64,000 nt of DNA, taken from the NCBI GenBank assembly GCA_965248445.1, contig CBDFJG010000003.1, forward strand, positions 1,312,001 through 1,376,000, in the 5' to 3' direction. The notes beneath the pieces were generated by a model that did no database searches, was not told where the DNA came from, and worked only from the letters and a program-made list of their open reading frames with translations. A program made the translations under genes and the position numbers. Of the stretch, positions 50,006 through 59,111 are shown in pieces; position 1 is the first letter of the stretch; every line of letters starts with the position of its first letter. The stretch is from Planctomycetota bacterium (GTDB taxonomy: Bacteria; Planctomycetota; JAJSAM01; JAJVHW01).

Positions 50006-50089
50006 GAGGCTCCCTCCCGACGCGGCGCCGCCCGGGCGCCGCCGGTCCATTCTACTCGAGTGGTAATCCGCGCGGCGCGGCGGGCAACT

Positions 50090-50296
50090 CTAGTCGAGCG
50101 GGGCTCTGCGCGGTGCCGCGGCGTCGCTCGAGGGGACCCAGCCCTCCGAGCACAGTTCGCCGTCGCAGCACTCCGCCTGGTTCTGGCGGAACAGCGGGCA
50201 GCCGGAGGTGAGGCACGCGGCGTGGCCGTGCACGTACTGCATCGGCGCGCGGCAAAGGCGGCAGCGCAGCACGTCGTCGGTCGGCGGCGAGGTCAC
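50090..50296 (-). CDS. Small Cys/His-rich putative metal-binding protein (68 aa)
   Basis: CRLC..HGHAAC..GC..CCDG; GTG start overlaps the upstream TGA. Confidence 0.65.
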   Translation of the reverse strand: MTSPPTDDVLRCRLCRAPMQYVHGHAACLTSGCPLFRQNQAECCDGELCSEGWVPSSDAAAPRRAPLD

Positions 50297-50499
50297 GCCC
50301 GCGATTGCTTGGGCAAGACGATCTCGACGGCGCGATTGCAGACGAAGCAACGCCAGTGCGAGCTCTTCGGCCAGCGCATGGGCAGCATCAGCCGCGTGCA
50401 GCTGCGGCAGGTCAGCTCCGACGGATACTCCGGGATCGGCGCGATGATGCGCACGGTCTCGGGCTCGGGCAGCTTGGCACGCAGCGGTTCCACGGACAC
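50293..50499 (-). CDS. Small zinc-ribbon-like protein (68 aa)
   Basis: CRSC..CFVC pair; its stop is coupled to the next gene. Confidence 0.6.
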   Translation of the reverse strand: MSVEPLRAKLPEPETVRIIAPIPEYPSELTCRSCTRLMLPMRWPKSSHWRCFVCNRAVEIVLPKQSRA

Positions 50500-50553
50500 A
50501 GCTTACACCGCGATCCGCGGTTGTGCCGCGCGTGCGAGCGCGGGCCGCAGGGC

Positions 50554-51138
50554 TCAAGGCTCGAAGTCGGCCGCCGCGAACTCCAAGACGTCGGCCTGCG
50601 CGGTCTCGTCCGCGAACAGCGCGCGCAGCTTGCGCGCGGCCTGCACTCCGCTGAACAGCCCCACCAGCGCCCACGCGTGGAACGCCAGGTTCAGCCACTC
50701 TCCGATGAACAGAGTGAGAGCCGCGTCCATGCCGTACAGCACGAGGCCCACGACGAACGCCCACACGCCGCCCTTCCTGGCAAAGACGCCGAGGACGACG
50801 AACACCGTAACTGCGAACAGCGAGATTGCGCCCGTCGCGATGCGCCAGCCCGCAGCCGCCTCCTCGGCGATGTCCCCCTGCTCCACCATGTGCGCGACGC
50901 CCTGTGTCAGCATGTCGCTCAGCGTCAGCGAGAACAAGAATCGCCACTCGCCGCCAGTTATGGCGACGACGGCGTTGACGATCGAAACGCCGGCGATCCA
51001 GAAGAACCACGAGCCGCCTCCGCGCATCTGCTGGATGAGCTGGATGCGGTCGACGGCGGCCTTCGTGGCCCGCGCGACCGCCTTGTCCGGCGGAGCCGGA
51101 TCATCCGCGAACGGGTCGTACTTCGGCTCGTCGGTCAC
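50554..51138 (-). CDS. Hypothetical 4-TM membrane protein
   Basis: GGSWFFWIAGVSIVN.. hydrophobic helices; GTG overlaps the oxidoreductase stop. Confidence 0.75.
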   Translation of the reverse strand: MTDEPKYDPFADDPAPPDKAVARATKAAVDRIQLIQQMRGGGSWFFWIAGVSIVNAVVAITGGEWRFLFSLTLSDMLTQGVAHMVEQGDIAEEAAAGWRIATGAISLFAVTVFVVLGVFARKGGVWAFVVGLVLYGMDAALTLFIGEWLNLAFHAWALVGLFSGVQAARKLRALFADETAQADVLEFAAADFEP

Positions 51139-53951
51139 TGCGGCCTCCGGTACGCGCCGTCGGTCGGCCGTGCGGCGCGCGCGAAGTGTAGTGGCCGGCG
51201 CAGTCCGCCCGGGTACGGCCACGCGTGCGTCTTGGCAAGCCACTCCTCGAACACCCGGTACGACTCCTCGGTGTCCACCGACACGTCGCCGTACTGGTCT
51301 CCGTCGTGCGCGGTCGTGACGGTGACCTTCTGATGCCAGCAGTGCATGCCGGAGATCGGATCGGGCTGCACGGCGAACGTCAGGTTCTGATGGACGCCTC
51401 CCGAGCGCCACCACACGCGCTGTGAGTCTGGGTCGTCCGAAGCAAACGGTCCGACGTCCCCGACTCGGCGGGCCGACCACTTTCCGCCGTCCTGCTCGTC
51501 GAGCTGCACCGGGGCCGCCGCCCAGCGGTCCGTGCCCGGCGATCCCTGGAGACGCCAACGGCCCATGTGGTGCGAGCACGCGACGACGCCCGGCCGCATG
51601 CCCTCGGTGACCCAGGCGCGGTTGACGAAGTAGCCGGTGCGGGTCGCCACGCGGATCAGGTCCCCCGTCGCGACGCCGATGCGCGCTGCGTCAGTGGTCG
51701 CGATCCAGACCGGGTTGCTGTTGGAGAGCTCGTACAGCCACTTGGCGTTCGCGGAACGGGAGTGGATCAGCGTCGGCACGCGGAACGTCGGGACGAGCAC
51801 GTATTCGCCCTTGCTCACGTCCATGTGCGAGTGATGCACGTGGCTGCGGATGTAGTTGGGCACCGCCTGCTCGGCGAGGCCCCACTCGGTCATCGTCGGC
51901 GAGTAGATCTCGAGCAGGCGGGACGGCGTCGTGAAGCCCACGCGCGCAGTGCCCTCGACGTCCACGCCGAAGGGCTTCCCGTCGCGGCTCCAGATTCCCG
52001 TCGCGTCGTCGAGTAACGCGCCGCCGACGTCCACCTCGGACTCGTGTGTCTCGTAGACGTCGTGCTCGACCTCGAACGCGCCGAAGCGGCGCATGTATTC
52101 GAGCGGAGTCAGTCCCTTCGCCTCTGCCGCCGCCGGTAGCCCCGGCACGGAGTTCTCGAACAGCCAGCGGTAGTACTCCTCGACCGTGACGCGCTCGCCC
52201 GGCCGGTACGGAGACTCGAAGTGCTTGCGGATGCCGAGAGAACCGTCCGGGTCGATGGCCCAGCTCAGCGCGATCCAGAACTCGTCCTCCTCCCAGACCT
52301 CACCGGGATTGGCCTGGTACGACCACTCCACGGGCTCGCCGGCGCGCTCCTTCGCGACGCGGAGCACCGGCTGCCGGAACCCGATCCACCGGCCGGCGTG
52401 CGTCTCCTGGCTCATGATGTCGTGGCGCTCGGGCGCGAGGCCCATCGGCAAGACGTAGTCGGCCCAGACCGCGGTCTCGTTCCAGGTCGGCGTCATCGCG
52501 GCGTGCAGACCGACCTTCGACTCGTCGCGCAGCATCTCCACCCACGCGAAACCGTCCGGATTGGTCCAGACCGGGTTGTACACGCGGGCGAAGTAGGTGT
52601 CGATGCGCCCGCGTCCGCTCCGCACGAGGTGCGGCAGCAGGAACGACAGCTCGTGGTGCGACAGCGGCCACTCGGGTGGATAGAGCAGCTCGTTCCAGAC
52701 GTCCTGCGGCGGCGGCGCGTGGAACGGTTTCGCGCTGAACTTGTTCGCGCTGTGCAGCGACGTGCCGCCGCGGCTATTGACGGATCCTGTCAGGACGCAC
52801 AGGAACTGCAGGCACCGCGCGACCTGCCAGCCACCCTCGTTTCCGGACGCGGCGCTGCGCCAGACGTGCGCCGCGAGAGCGCCCTTCGCCTGGCCCACGG
52901 CGCGGCCGATCTCGCGCACCGTCGCCGCGTCGACCTTGCACTCGGCGGCGACCCACGCCGGGGTGTACTTCGCGACGTCGCTGCGCAGCGCCAGCAGGAA
53001 CGAGTCGAACGTGCGTGCGAGGCCGGGGTGGAGCGCTTCGAGGTACGCTTCCCAGTTCGTCCAGCGGCGCAGGAACTCCCGGTGCTCGAGCTCCTCTTCC
53101 AGCAGCACGTGCGCATATCCGAGCAGGAGCGCCGCTTCGGTGCCCGGGTGCGGTGCGATCCACCAATCGCTCATGGACGCGGTGTTCGAGAGGCGCACGT
53201 CCATCGTGGCGATGCGCGCACCCTTCATCTTCCCCTCGATGATGCGCTGAGCGTGTGGGTTGAAGTAGTGGCCGGTCTCCAGGTGCGACGAGATCAGCAG
53301 GATCAGCTTCGCGTTCGCGTGGTCCGGCGACGGCCGGTCGCTCCCCGACCACAGCGCGTAGCCGAGTCGCGCTGCCGCAGAGCACACGTTCGTGTGACTG
53401 TTGTGTCCGTCAATGCCCCACGACTGCAGGACCCGATTGGTGAACCCGTCGTGGCCGGGGCGGCCGACGTGGTACATGACCTCGGTCCGGCGGTCCTCGA
53501 GGAGCGCCTTGCGGATGCGCGTGGCGAACGTCTCGATGACCTCGTCCCAAGTGGTGCGCTCGAATTTGCCCGTGCCGCGCGGCCCGACCCGCTTGAGCGG
53601 ATAGAGGATGCGCCGCGGATCGTCCACCTGGTTGATCGTGGCAGGTCCCTTGGCGCAGTTCCGTCCGCGTGAACCGGGGTGATACGGGTTGCCCTCGAGC
53701 CGGCGGATTCGGCCGGTCTCCTTGCTGACGTACGCGACCAGCCCGCAGCCCGCCTCGCAGTTGAAGCAGATCGTCGGGATGAGTTGATAGCGGCGCTCGA
53801 CCTTGCGCGGCCAGGCCTTGGCGTCGTACTCGACCCAGTCGTCCCACTGCTCCGGCGGCGGGAAGGACGCGAGTGGTGTCGTCTGCCACGGCTTACCGGA
53901 CGGCGCGATGTCGCCCCCGGAGGCATGAGCAGAGGGGTCTTGGGGCGTCAC
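51135..53951 (-). CDS. Molybdopterin (bis-MGD) oxidoreductase catalytic subunit, Psr/Phs/Ttr-like, no Tat signal
   Basis: CFNCEAGC..CAKG [4Fe-4S] motif, RILYPLKR, HTNVC (likely Mo-ligand Cys), ETAVWADYVLP, HSRS. Confidence 0.92.
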   Translation of the reverse strand: MTPQDPSAHASGGDIAPSGKPWQTTPLASFPPPEQWDDWVEYDAKAWPRKVERRYQLIPTICFNCEAGCGLVAYVSKETGRIRRLEGNPYHPGSRGRNCAKGPATINQVDDPRRILYPLKRVGPRGTGKFERTTWDEVIETFATRIRKALLEDRRTEVMYHVGRPGHDGFTNRVLQSWGIDGHNSHTNVCSAAARLGYALWSGSDRPSPDHANAKLILLISSHLETGHYFNPHAQRIIEGKMKGARIATMDVRLSNTASMSDWWIAPHPGTEAALLLGYAHVLLEEELEHREFLRRWTNWEAYLEALHPGLARTFDSFLLALRSDVAKYTPAWVAAECKVDAATVREIGRAVGQAKGALAAHVWRSAASGNEGGWQVARCLQFLCVLTGSVNSRGGTSLHSANKFSAKPFHAPPPQDVWNELLYPPEWPLSHHELSFLLPHLVRSGRGRIDTYFARVYNPVWTNPDGFAWVEMLRDESKVGLHAAMTPTWNETAVWADYVLPMGLAPERHDIMSQETHAGRWIGFRQPVLRVAKERAGEPVEWSYQANPGEVWEEDEFWIALSWAIDPDGSLGIRKHFESPYRPGERVTVEEYYRWLFENSVPGLPAAAEAKGLTPLEYMRRFGAFEVEHDVYETHESEVDVGGALLDDATGIWSRDGKPFGVDVEGTARVGFTTPSRLLEIYSPTMTEWGLAEQAVPNYIRSHVHHSHMDVSKGEYVLVPTFRVPTLIHSRSANAKWLYELSNSNPVWIATTDAARIGVATGDLIRVATRTGYFVNRAWVTEGMRPGVVACSHHMGRWRLQGSPGTDRWAAAPVQLDEQDGGKWSARRVGDVGPFASDDPDSQRVWWRSGGVHQNLTFAVQPDPISGMHCWHQKVTVTTAHDGDQYGDVSVDTEESYRVFEEWLAKTHAWPYPGGLRRPLHFARAARPTDGAYRRPQ

Positions 53952-55474
53952 GAGTTCGGTACCGCCTGCCCGGACTCGATCCAGGCCTTGTCCCGCACGA
54001 ACTGCCCGGCGGCGGTCGCGGCGAGAGCGATCGCCGCGAGCGGCAGGATGAACGCACCGCCGAGGGCGCCGGCGATCAGTAGCAGGGCCGAGGATGCGAG
54101 TCCAGCCAGCGCCTCGCGGCGCGGGCCGTCGGTCGCCATGAAGATCTTGTGCGCGCGCAAGAGATCGCCCTCGCGTTGCTTTCCGCCGAACTCGAGCACC
54201 AGCAGTGCGACCAGCAGGACGACGTACACGGCGCCGAGCGTCATGACCGCACGCCCGGACGACGCCAGCACCGCGGCGATCGCGACGCCGAGCGTGGCCG
54301 CCCGCAGCACGAGTTGCATGAACGTGCCGGACTCGGTCCACAGGTCGCGTCCCTTGCACTGGGCAAAGAGCCATGCGCTGTACCCGGAGGCCAGAATCGC
54401 CGCGGGGATGTTCACGTAGCGCAGCACGTCGGAGTACGAGTACTGCTCGAACAGCCGCAGGACAAGCGACGCGACCGTGAACAGCGCGAACACGTTCAGT
54501 ACCCACGCTCCCCGCACGAGCCACGACTTCGTGTTCGGCGAGAACAGCAGCCGCAGGAATCGCTCCGGCCGGCCGAGGTCGTGCACCAGCAGGAACAACG
54601 TGATGCCGAGGAAGACGAGCGACGCGATCTCGGGTGCGAGATCCTGCCACGTGCCCGTGGCAACTCCGGCGAGCGCGACGACGGGCGCTGCGAGCATCGC
54701 CCCCGCCGACATGTTCTTCGTCAACAGGTACGTCCAAATGTGCCATCCCCACACGGGCGGGTGCGCGACATCGAGGGCATTCACGAGGTCACGGGGCGGC
54801 TCGAAGCCCTCCGGCACCGGCGGTGGCTGTGTCGCGCGATCCGACCAGAGGAAACCGCTCGGCTCCTCGCGGGCCGTGCCCGGCTGGAGCGACTCGGGCA
54901 GCGCATCCACGTAGTAGACGCGCGGCTTCGTCCCCTTCTCGACCTTGCGGCGGGACGTCGGCTGGAGCTGGATGAGCTGCGAGATCTCGCTCTCGGGGTC
55001 GGACAGGTCGCCCGGGATGATCGCCCTCTCGGGGCAGACGACCACGCAGGCCGGCTCGAGGCCCCGTTCGGTCCGGTGCGCGCAGTAGTGGCACTTCTCG
55101 GCCGTGCCGGTGTCCTCGTTCAGGTAGAGGGCGTCGTAGGGGCACGCCTGCATGCAGGCGCGGCAACCGATGCACGCATCCCGGTCGAGGTCCACGATCG
55201 CGTCCGGCCGCTTCTTGAGCGCGTTGACCGGGCAAATCGTGACGCACGGCGCATCGTCGCAGTGGTTGCAGCGCAGCACCGTGAAGTGGCGCTTCACATC
55301 GGGGAACGTGCCCTTGTCCGTGTACTTGACCCAGGTGCGGAACTGCCCCACCGGGACCTCGTTCTCGGCCTTGCAAGCGACCGTGCACGCGTGGCAGCCG
55401 ATGCACTTGCGCTGGTCGATGGCGAAGCCGTACTGAGGTACGTGCCCGTTGGTCCCACTCTCTTGCCCTTCCAT
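53948..55474 (-). CDS. 4Fe-4S dicluster protein fused to an NrfD/PsrC-like membrane anchor
   Basis: CIGCHACTVAC, CNHCDDAPCVTICP, CIGCRACMQACP, CHYC..PACVVVCP; then DLGRPERF..SWLVRGAW and TM helices. Confidence 0.93.
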   Translation of the reverse strand: MEGQESGTNGHVPQYGFAIDQRKCIGCHACTVACKAENEVPVGQFRTWVKYTDKGTFPDVKRHFTVLRCNHCDDAPCVTICPVNALKKRPDAIVDLDRDACIGCRACMQACPYDALYLNEDTGTAEKCHYCAHRTERGLEPACVVVCPERAIIPGDLSDPESEISQLIQLQPTSRRKVEKGTKPRVYYVDALPESLQPGTAREEPSGFLWSDRATQPPPVPEGFEPPRDLVNALDVAHPPVWGWHIWTYLLTKNMSAGAMLAAPVVALAGVATGTWQDLAPEIASLVFLGITLFLLVHDLGRPERFLRLLFSPNTKSWLVRGAWVLNVFALFTVASLVLRLFEQYSYSDVLRYVNIPAAILASGYSAWLFAQCKGRDLWTESGTFMQLVLRAATLGVAIAAVLASSGRAVMTLGAVYVVLLVALLVLEFGGKQREGDLLRAHKIFMATDGPRREALAGLASSALLLIAGALGGAFILPLAAIALAATAAGQFVRDKAWIESGQAVPNS

Positions 55475-55511
55475 GCGGCGGGTACCCTACCCCGGTCCCT
55501 CAGGGGCCGCC

Positions 55512-56426
55512 ATGTCAGCGACACGGGAAACTCAGAACGCCGCAGCCCCTTCCGGAGAGCCGTCGACCGGAGAGCAGACTTCGCATGGAAGACGCTTCGT
55601 GAAGTTCCTGATTGTCACGTTGTTGCTCGTCGAGGTCGTGCTGCCGCTCGTGATGTACGCGTTCCGCGACCGGCTCATGTTCTTCCCCTCGGTCCGCCCC
55701 ACGCCGGCGGAGAGGCTGGGCGACTTCCGCACCGCCGAGGCGGTGGTCGTCGACGTGACGCGGCCCGACGGACGGCGCCTCGCGTGTTACGACGTCCGCC
55801 CGCCTCAGAACGAGGGCGAGGGCGTGCTGCTGTTCCTGCACGGCAACGCGGGGAACGCCGCACTCCGCGCGGACCTGATCGACTGGCTCGCCGAAAAGGC
55901 GCGCGTCCGGGTGTTCCTGCTCGAATACTCGGGCTTCGGCGGCAATCCCGGGAAACCGACGTCCGACGAGATCGTCACGGACTCGCTGGCGGCCTTCGAC
56001 CACCTGGTGGCGAGCGGCGTCGAGCCCGGCCGGATCGTGCTCTACGGCGAGAGCGTCGGCGGCGCGGCCGCGGTACGTGTAGCGACGGAACGCTCCCCCG
56101 CCGGGTTGATCACGCAGTCGACGTTCTCGTCCGTCTCGCGGGTTGCGCGTCGCCACTACGGCTGGTTGCCGCTGGCGTGGATTCTGACCCGCGGCGAACT
56201 CGACAACGCGGCCCTGGCACCGTCCGTCGAGTGCCCGTGGCTGATCGTCCACGGCACGGCCGACCGCATCGTCCCGTTCAAGGAGTCGGAGATCCTCAGC
56301 AAGGCAGCGCCCGCCGCCGAGGTGCTGCCGATCGAGCTAGCCGGACACAACGACCTGTTCCGCACCGGGGGCGCGGACTACGTCCGCGAGATCGGGGATC
56401 GGGTGAGGAGTTGGACCGGCCGATGA
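55512..56426 (+). CDS. Alpha/beta hydrolase (ABHD13/BEM46-like)
   Basis: FLHGNAGN, EYSGFG, YGESVGG, HGTADRIVP, GHND. Confidence 0.9.
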   Translation: MSATRETQNAAAPSGEPSTGEQTSHGRRFVKFLIVTLLLVEVVLPLVMYAFRDRLMFFPSVRPTPAERLGDFRTAEAVVVDVTRPDGRRLACYDVRPPQNEGEGVLLFLHGNAGNAALRADLIDWLAEKARVRVFLLEYSGFGGNPGKPTSDEIVTDSLAAFDHLVASGVEPGRIVLYGESVGGAAAVRVATERSPAGLITQSTFSSVSRVARRHYGWLPLAWILTRGELDNAALAPSVECPWLIVHGTADRIVPFKESEILSKAAPAAEVLPIELAGHNDLFRTGGADYVREIGDRVRSWTGR

Positions 56427-56758
56427 CCGGCAGAGATTCCGTTCAGGTCGAAACGCAAGCACGTGCAGGGATCGTGAGTGTCGCTCGCCAATTCCTAGAC
56501 GGGCAGATGCAGGTCCTCGAGGGCGCGAGGCGGATCTGTCTGCTCCGACACGATCTGGCAGATCCGGAGTGGCGCGCACGCGATCCGATCCGTGCGGTCG
56601 ACTCCGAGCTGGATTGCTTTCCGGTCGGCGGCGTCCGAGGGCACTTCGCTCTCGGGGCTCTCGATCGACTGGACGCAGAGCTGGAGGAGCAGTTGGTGGC
56701 AGGAGCGCGGGAGGACGTCTTGCGGGCCCGCCGCGCGATCGTCGATGCATGGGCATGA
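56423..56758 (+). CDS. Small hypothetical helical protein (DUF2489-like)
   Basis: ATGA coupling, GAGGAG RBS, VARQFLDG..EGARRI..VDSELDCFPVG pattern. Confidence 0.6.
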   Translation: MTGRDSVQVETQARAGIVSVARQFLDGQMQVLEGARRICLLRHDLADPEWRARDPIRAVDSELDCFPVGGVRGHFALGALDRLDAELEEQLVAGAREDVLRARRAIVDAWA

Positions 56759-56788
56759 TCGGCTGACGCTGCGATCGCACGGTTCGCG

Positions 56789-56813
56789 GGCTGGCGCAGC
56801 GGCCCGCCCCTAC
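56789..56813 (-). repeat. Single GTAG-family REP
   Basis: One mismatch to the REP at 37097-37121. Confidence 0.85.
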
Positions 56814-56841
56814 AGGGGGATGTGTGTACGCACATCAGAGT

Positions 56842-56978
56842 CGCGAGGGCGCGTCGGTTGCGAAGCAAGCGGCGTGACCGCAGTCCTCCGTAGCGACCGG
56901 AGGTCGCGCAGGAGGGAGACAATATCGCGCCGAAGGCGCGCGGGTCGTGGCGCGAGGATCGCCACGCGATCCGAGTGC
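56842..56978 (-). repeat. Dispersed structured intergenic repeat, copy B
   Basis: Reverse complement aligns with 7527-7649. Confidence 0.85.
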
Positions 56979-56986
56979 AACGACAT

Positions 56987-57035
56987 GCGTGAGTACGTCA
57001 AGCGGAACTAATAGTTCCGCAACACGTACTCACGC
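56987..57035. repeat. 49-bp palindrome centred on a stop codon
   Basis: 24-nt arms with 21 of 24 complementary and a 1-nt centre at 57011. Confidence 0.85.
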
Positions 57036-58501
57036 CACTGCTTATCGATCTCCTCGCACCCGTCACCCCACCACGCTTCGAGAATGCCGACGTGCTTGTC
57101 CTGCCCGCCGAGTTCGCCGACCAGCTCGATGAACTTGTCGCGATCCGTGTCCATCATCCACGAGATGATGCTCCAGGACTTGACGGTGGCTTCGAACTCC
57201 AGCTCCTCGACCGGCTTCAGCACCAGCTCACGCAGCTCGATGTCGGCCTTGCTCTTCACAAGTTCGAGGACATTGGGCTTCCAGTTCGAGGCGTCGTTCC
57301 AGTCCTTGATCCCGCCCGACGCCGTCTCCTTCCCATAGCGCGCGTCCTTCTTGATCCCCACGCAGTGCGTGCGGCAGGTCTCCTGCACCTTGACGGAGTA
57401 GTAGTAGGCGAGGCCCTCGTTGATCCACGCGCCGCCCTGGATGTTCAGCACCTTGAGATTCAGCATGTGCACGAGGGTGTGGACAGCGCCGTCCTTTCGC
57501 AGGACCTGATCGCTGCCGGCACCCAGCTTCTTGCCGTACTGGAGTCCCACGTGCGAACCGAAGCCACTGTTCTTCAGTGCGAACTCGCCACCGCCGAACG
57601 CATCGACCCACTTCTTCCACTGGTCGCCTTCCTCCATGAAGACGAGGCGCGCCTTCTTGCCGCCGAAGAAGTCATCGGTGGGATCGCGCCCCAGGTCCGC
57701 GAGATAGAGCGCGTACGCCATCTCGGACGTCTCCGCTATCTCCTTCACATCGGCGAGATCGAGCACGCCCTCGATGCGGATGTGCGTCGTCTCGGCCTTG
57801 ACGAGCTTGACACCGAACTCCGTGTCCCAGCGCGACTCCTCCTTGAGTTCGGTGCTCTTCCCGGCGTCCTTGATCGCCTTCTCCTGTGCCCCGGTGATCC
57901 AGACCTTGCCCATCTTCTTGTAGCCAAGCCCCTTGCGCGCGGCGGAGTTCTCGGGGTCGAGGCGCAGGGCGTACTCGTAGCCCTTGTTGGCCTGGAGTGG
58001 GAAGCCCTTCTTCGCGCAGACCGCCCCGAGCTTCACGTACCTCGCGGCGACGAACTTGTTGGCCTTTGCCAGTACCTCTTCCTTCCACTTCTCGACGCGC
58101 TTGTTGAAGCTCTCCACGCCCTCCTGAACGCCGTTCGCGCCGCCACGCACGTTGTTCTTCTTGAGCTTCGCGGCAGCCTCCTCGTCGAGCACCCACTTCT
58201 TGCCGCTCTTGACGTAGCCAAGGTGCTCTCGGGCATCCGCCTGTCTCGGATCGAACTTGATCGCGCGTTGCGCCTGCTCATACGCGTACTGCCAGAAGCC
58301 ACTGCGCTTGGCCTTCTCCGCCGCCTCCCAGACCTTGTTGCCGGCGGTCTTCAGGATCTTCCTCGCCTCCGCCGCGTAGAGCCGGAAGCCGGGGTCCGAC
58401 GGCGCGTCCTGCGCCAGCGCCTGTCGCGGGACGGCCGACGGGACAAAGACGAACAGCGCCATTGCCAGTGCGAGAGTCCGGGCCAATGTTCTCATCATCA
58501 C
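57008..58501 (-). CDS. Secreted protein with a degenerate gluzincin/peptidase-MA-like C-terminal domain
   Basis: Signal peptide, AREHLGY/ARKGLGY repeats, HTLVH..WINEGLAYY. Confidence 0.8.
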   Translation of the reverse strand: MMMRTLARTLALAMALFVFVPSAVPRQALAQDAPSDPGFRLYAAEARKILKTAGNKVWEAAEKAKRSGFWQYAYEQAQRAIKFDPRQADAREHLGYVKSGKKWVLDEEAAAKLKKNNVRGGANGVQEGVESFNKRVEKWKEEVLAKANKFVAARYVKLGAVCAKKGFPLQANKGYEYALRLDPENSAARKGLGYKKMGKVWITGAQEKAIKDAGKSTELKEESRWDTEFGVKLVKAETTHIRIEGVLDLADVKEIAETSEMAYALYLADLGRDPTDDFFGGKKARLVFMEEGDQWKKWVDAFGGGEFALKNSGFGSHVGLQYGKKLGAGSDQVLRKDGAVHTLVHMLNLKVLNIQGGAWINEGLAYYYSVKVQETCRTHCVGIKKDARYGKETASGGIKDWNDASNWKPNVLELVKSKADIELRELVLKPVEELEFEATVKSWSIISWMMDTDRDKFIELVGELGGQDKHVGILEAWWGDGCEEIDKQWREYVLRNY

Positions 58502-58540
58502 TCTCTCCGACGTCTCTGGGTCGCCAACCGGTTCCGCCCT

Positions 58541-59107
58541 CTATTCTGCGACGGGATGCCCAGCTCTGTGCACGGCATCCCGCACGGCGGCCTTCGTGAG
58601 GCCGAGTTCAGCAGCGCGATCGAGGGCGTCGTGAAGCTCCACGTCGCGGTGGCGCACCAGGTAGAGGGCGTAGACACCCGCGGCGCGCTGACCCGACGCG
58701 CAGTGGATCAGGACCGGCCGGCCGTCTCCTGAGTCGAGCACTCCGGCCAGTTCGTCCGCCGACGCCGGCGTCACGTTCGGTCCCGCGATCGGAACGTGTA
58801 CGTGCCGCATTCCGAGTACCGAGACGAGGAGCGCCTCCCCTGCCGCGCCCTCGTCCACCGTGAGCAGGTTGACAACGGTGGCGTACCCCGCCTCCTGCGC
58901 AGCGCGGAACTCCTCGTCGTCCGGCCGACCGGACAACGCCACTCCCGGCTCGGCGATGGTGAACCCCTCGACGGCGAGATGAGGAGTCGCCGGATCGGAC
59001 GCGACGAACTGCCCCCCCTCGTCGGAACTCGCGCACGAGACCGTCGTCGAGACCGTCACGAGGACGGCGCAGACCAAGACAGCCACCGACTGGAATGCTG
59101 GGAGCAT
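58541..59107 (-). CDS. Secreted protein-tyrosine-phosphatase-like/DUF442 protein
   Basis: LSGRP, GYATVVNL, P-loop HCASGQRA. Confidence 0.85.
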   Translation of the reverse strand: MLPAFQSVAVLVCAVLVTVSTTVSCASSDEGGQFVASDPATPHLAVEGFTIAEPGVALSGRPDDEEFRAAQEAGYATVVNLLTVDEGAAGEALLVSVLGMRHVHVPIAGPNVTPASADELAGVLDSGDGRPVLIHCASGQRAAGVYALYLVRHRDVELHDALDRAAELGLTKAAVRDAVHRAGHPVAE

Positions 59108-59111
59108 CCAG

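Noticed and set aside
54149..56422. N-terminal part of the 869-aa plus-strand ORF 54149-56758
   Set aside because: It overlaps the FeS-NrfD and hydrolase genes; only the last 111 codons from ATG 56423 look real.
56947..57011. RAYT transposase remnant (…MREYVKRN*) beside the REP
   Set aside because: The peptide is explained by the palindromic mirror of the neighbouring gene end and by the dispersed repeat; no HUH motif is present.
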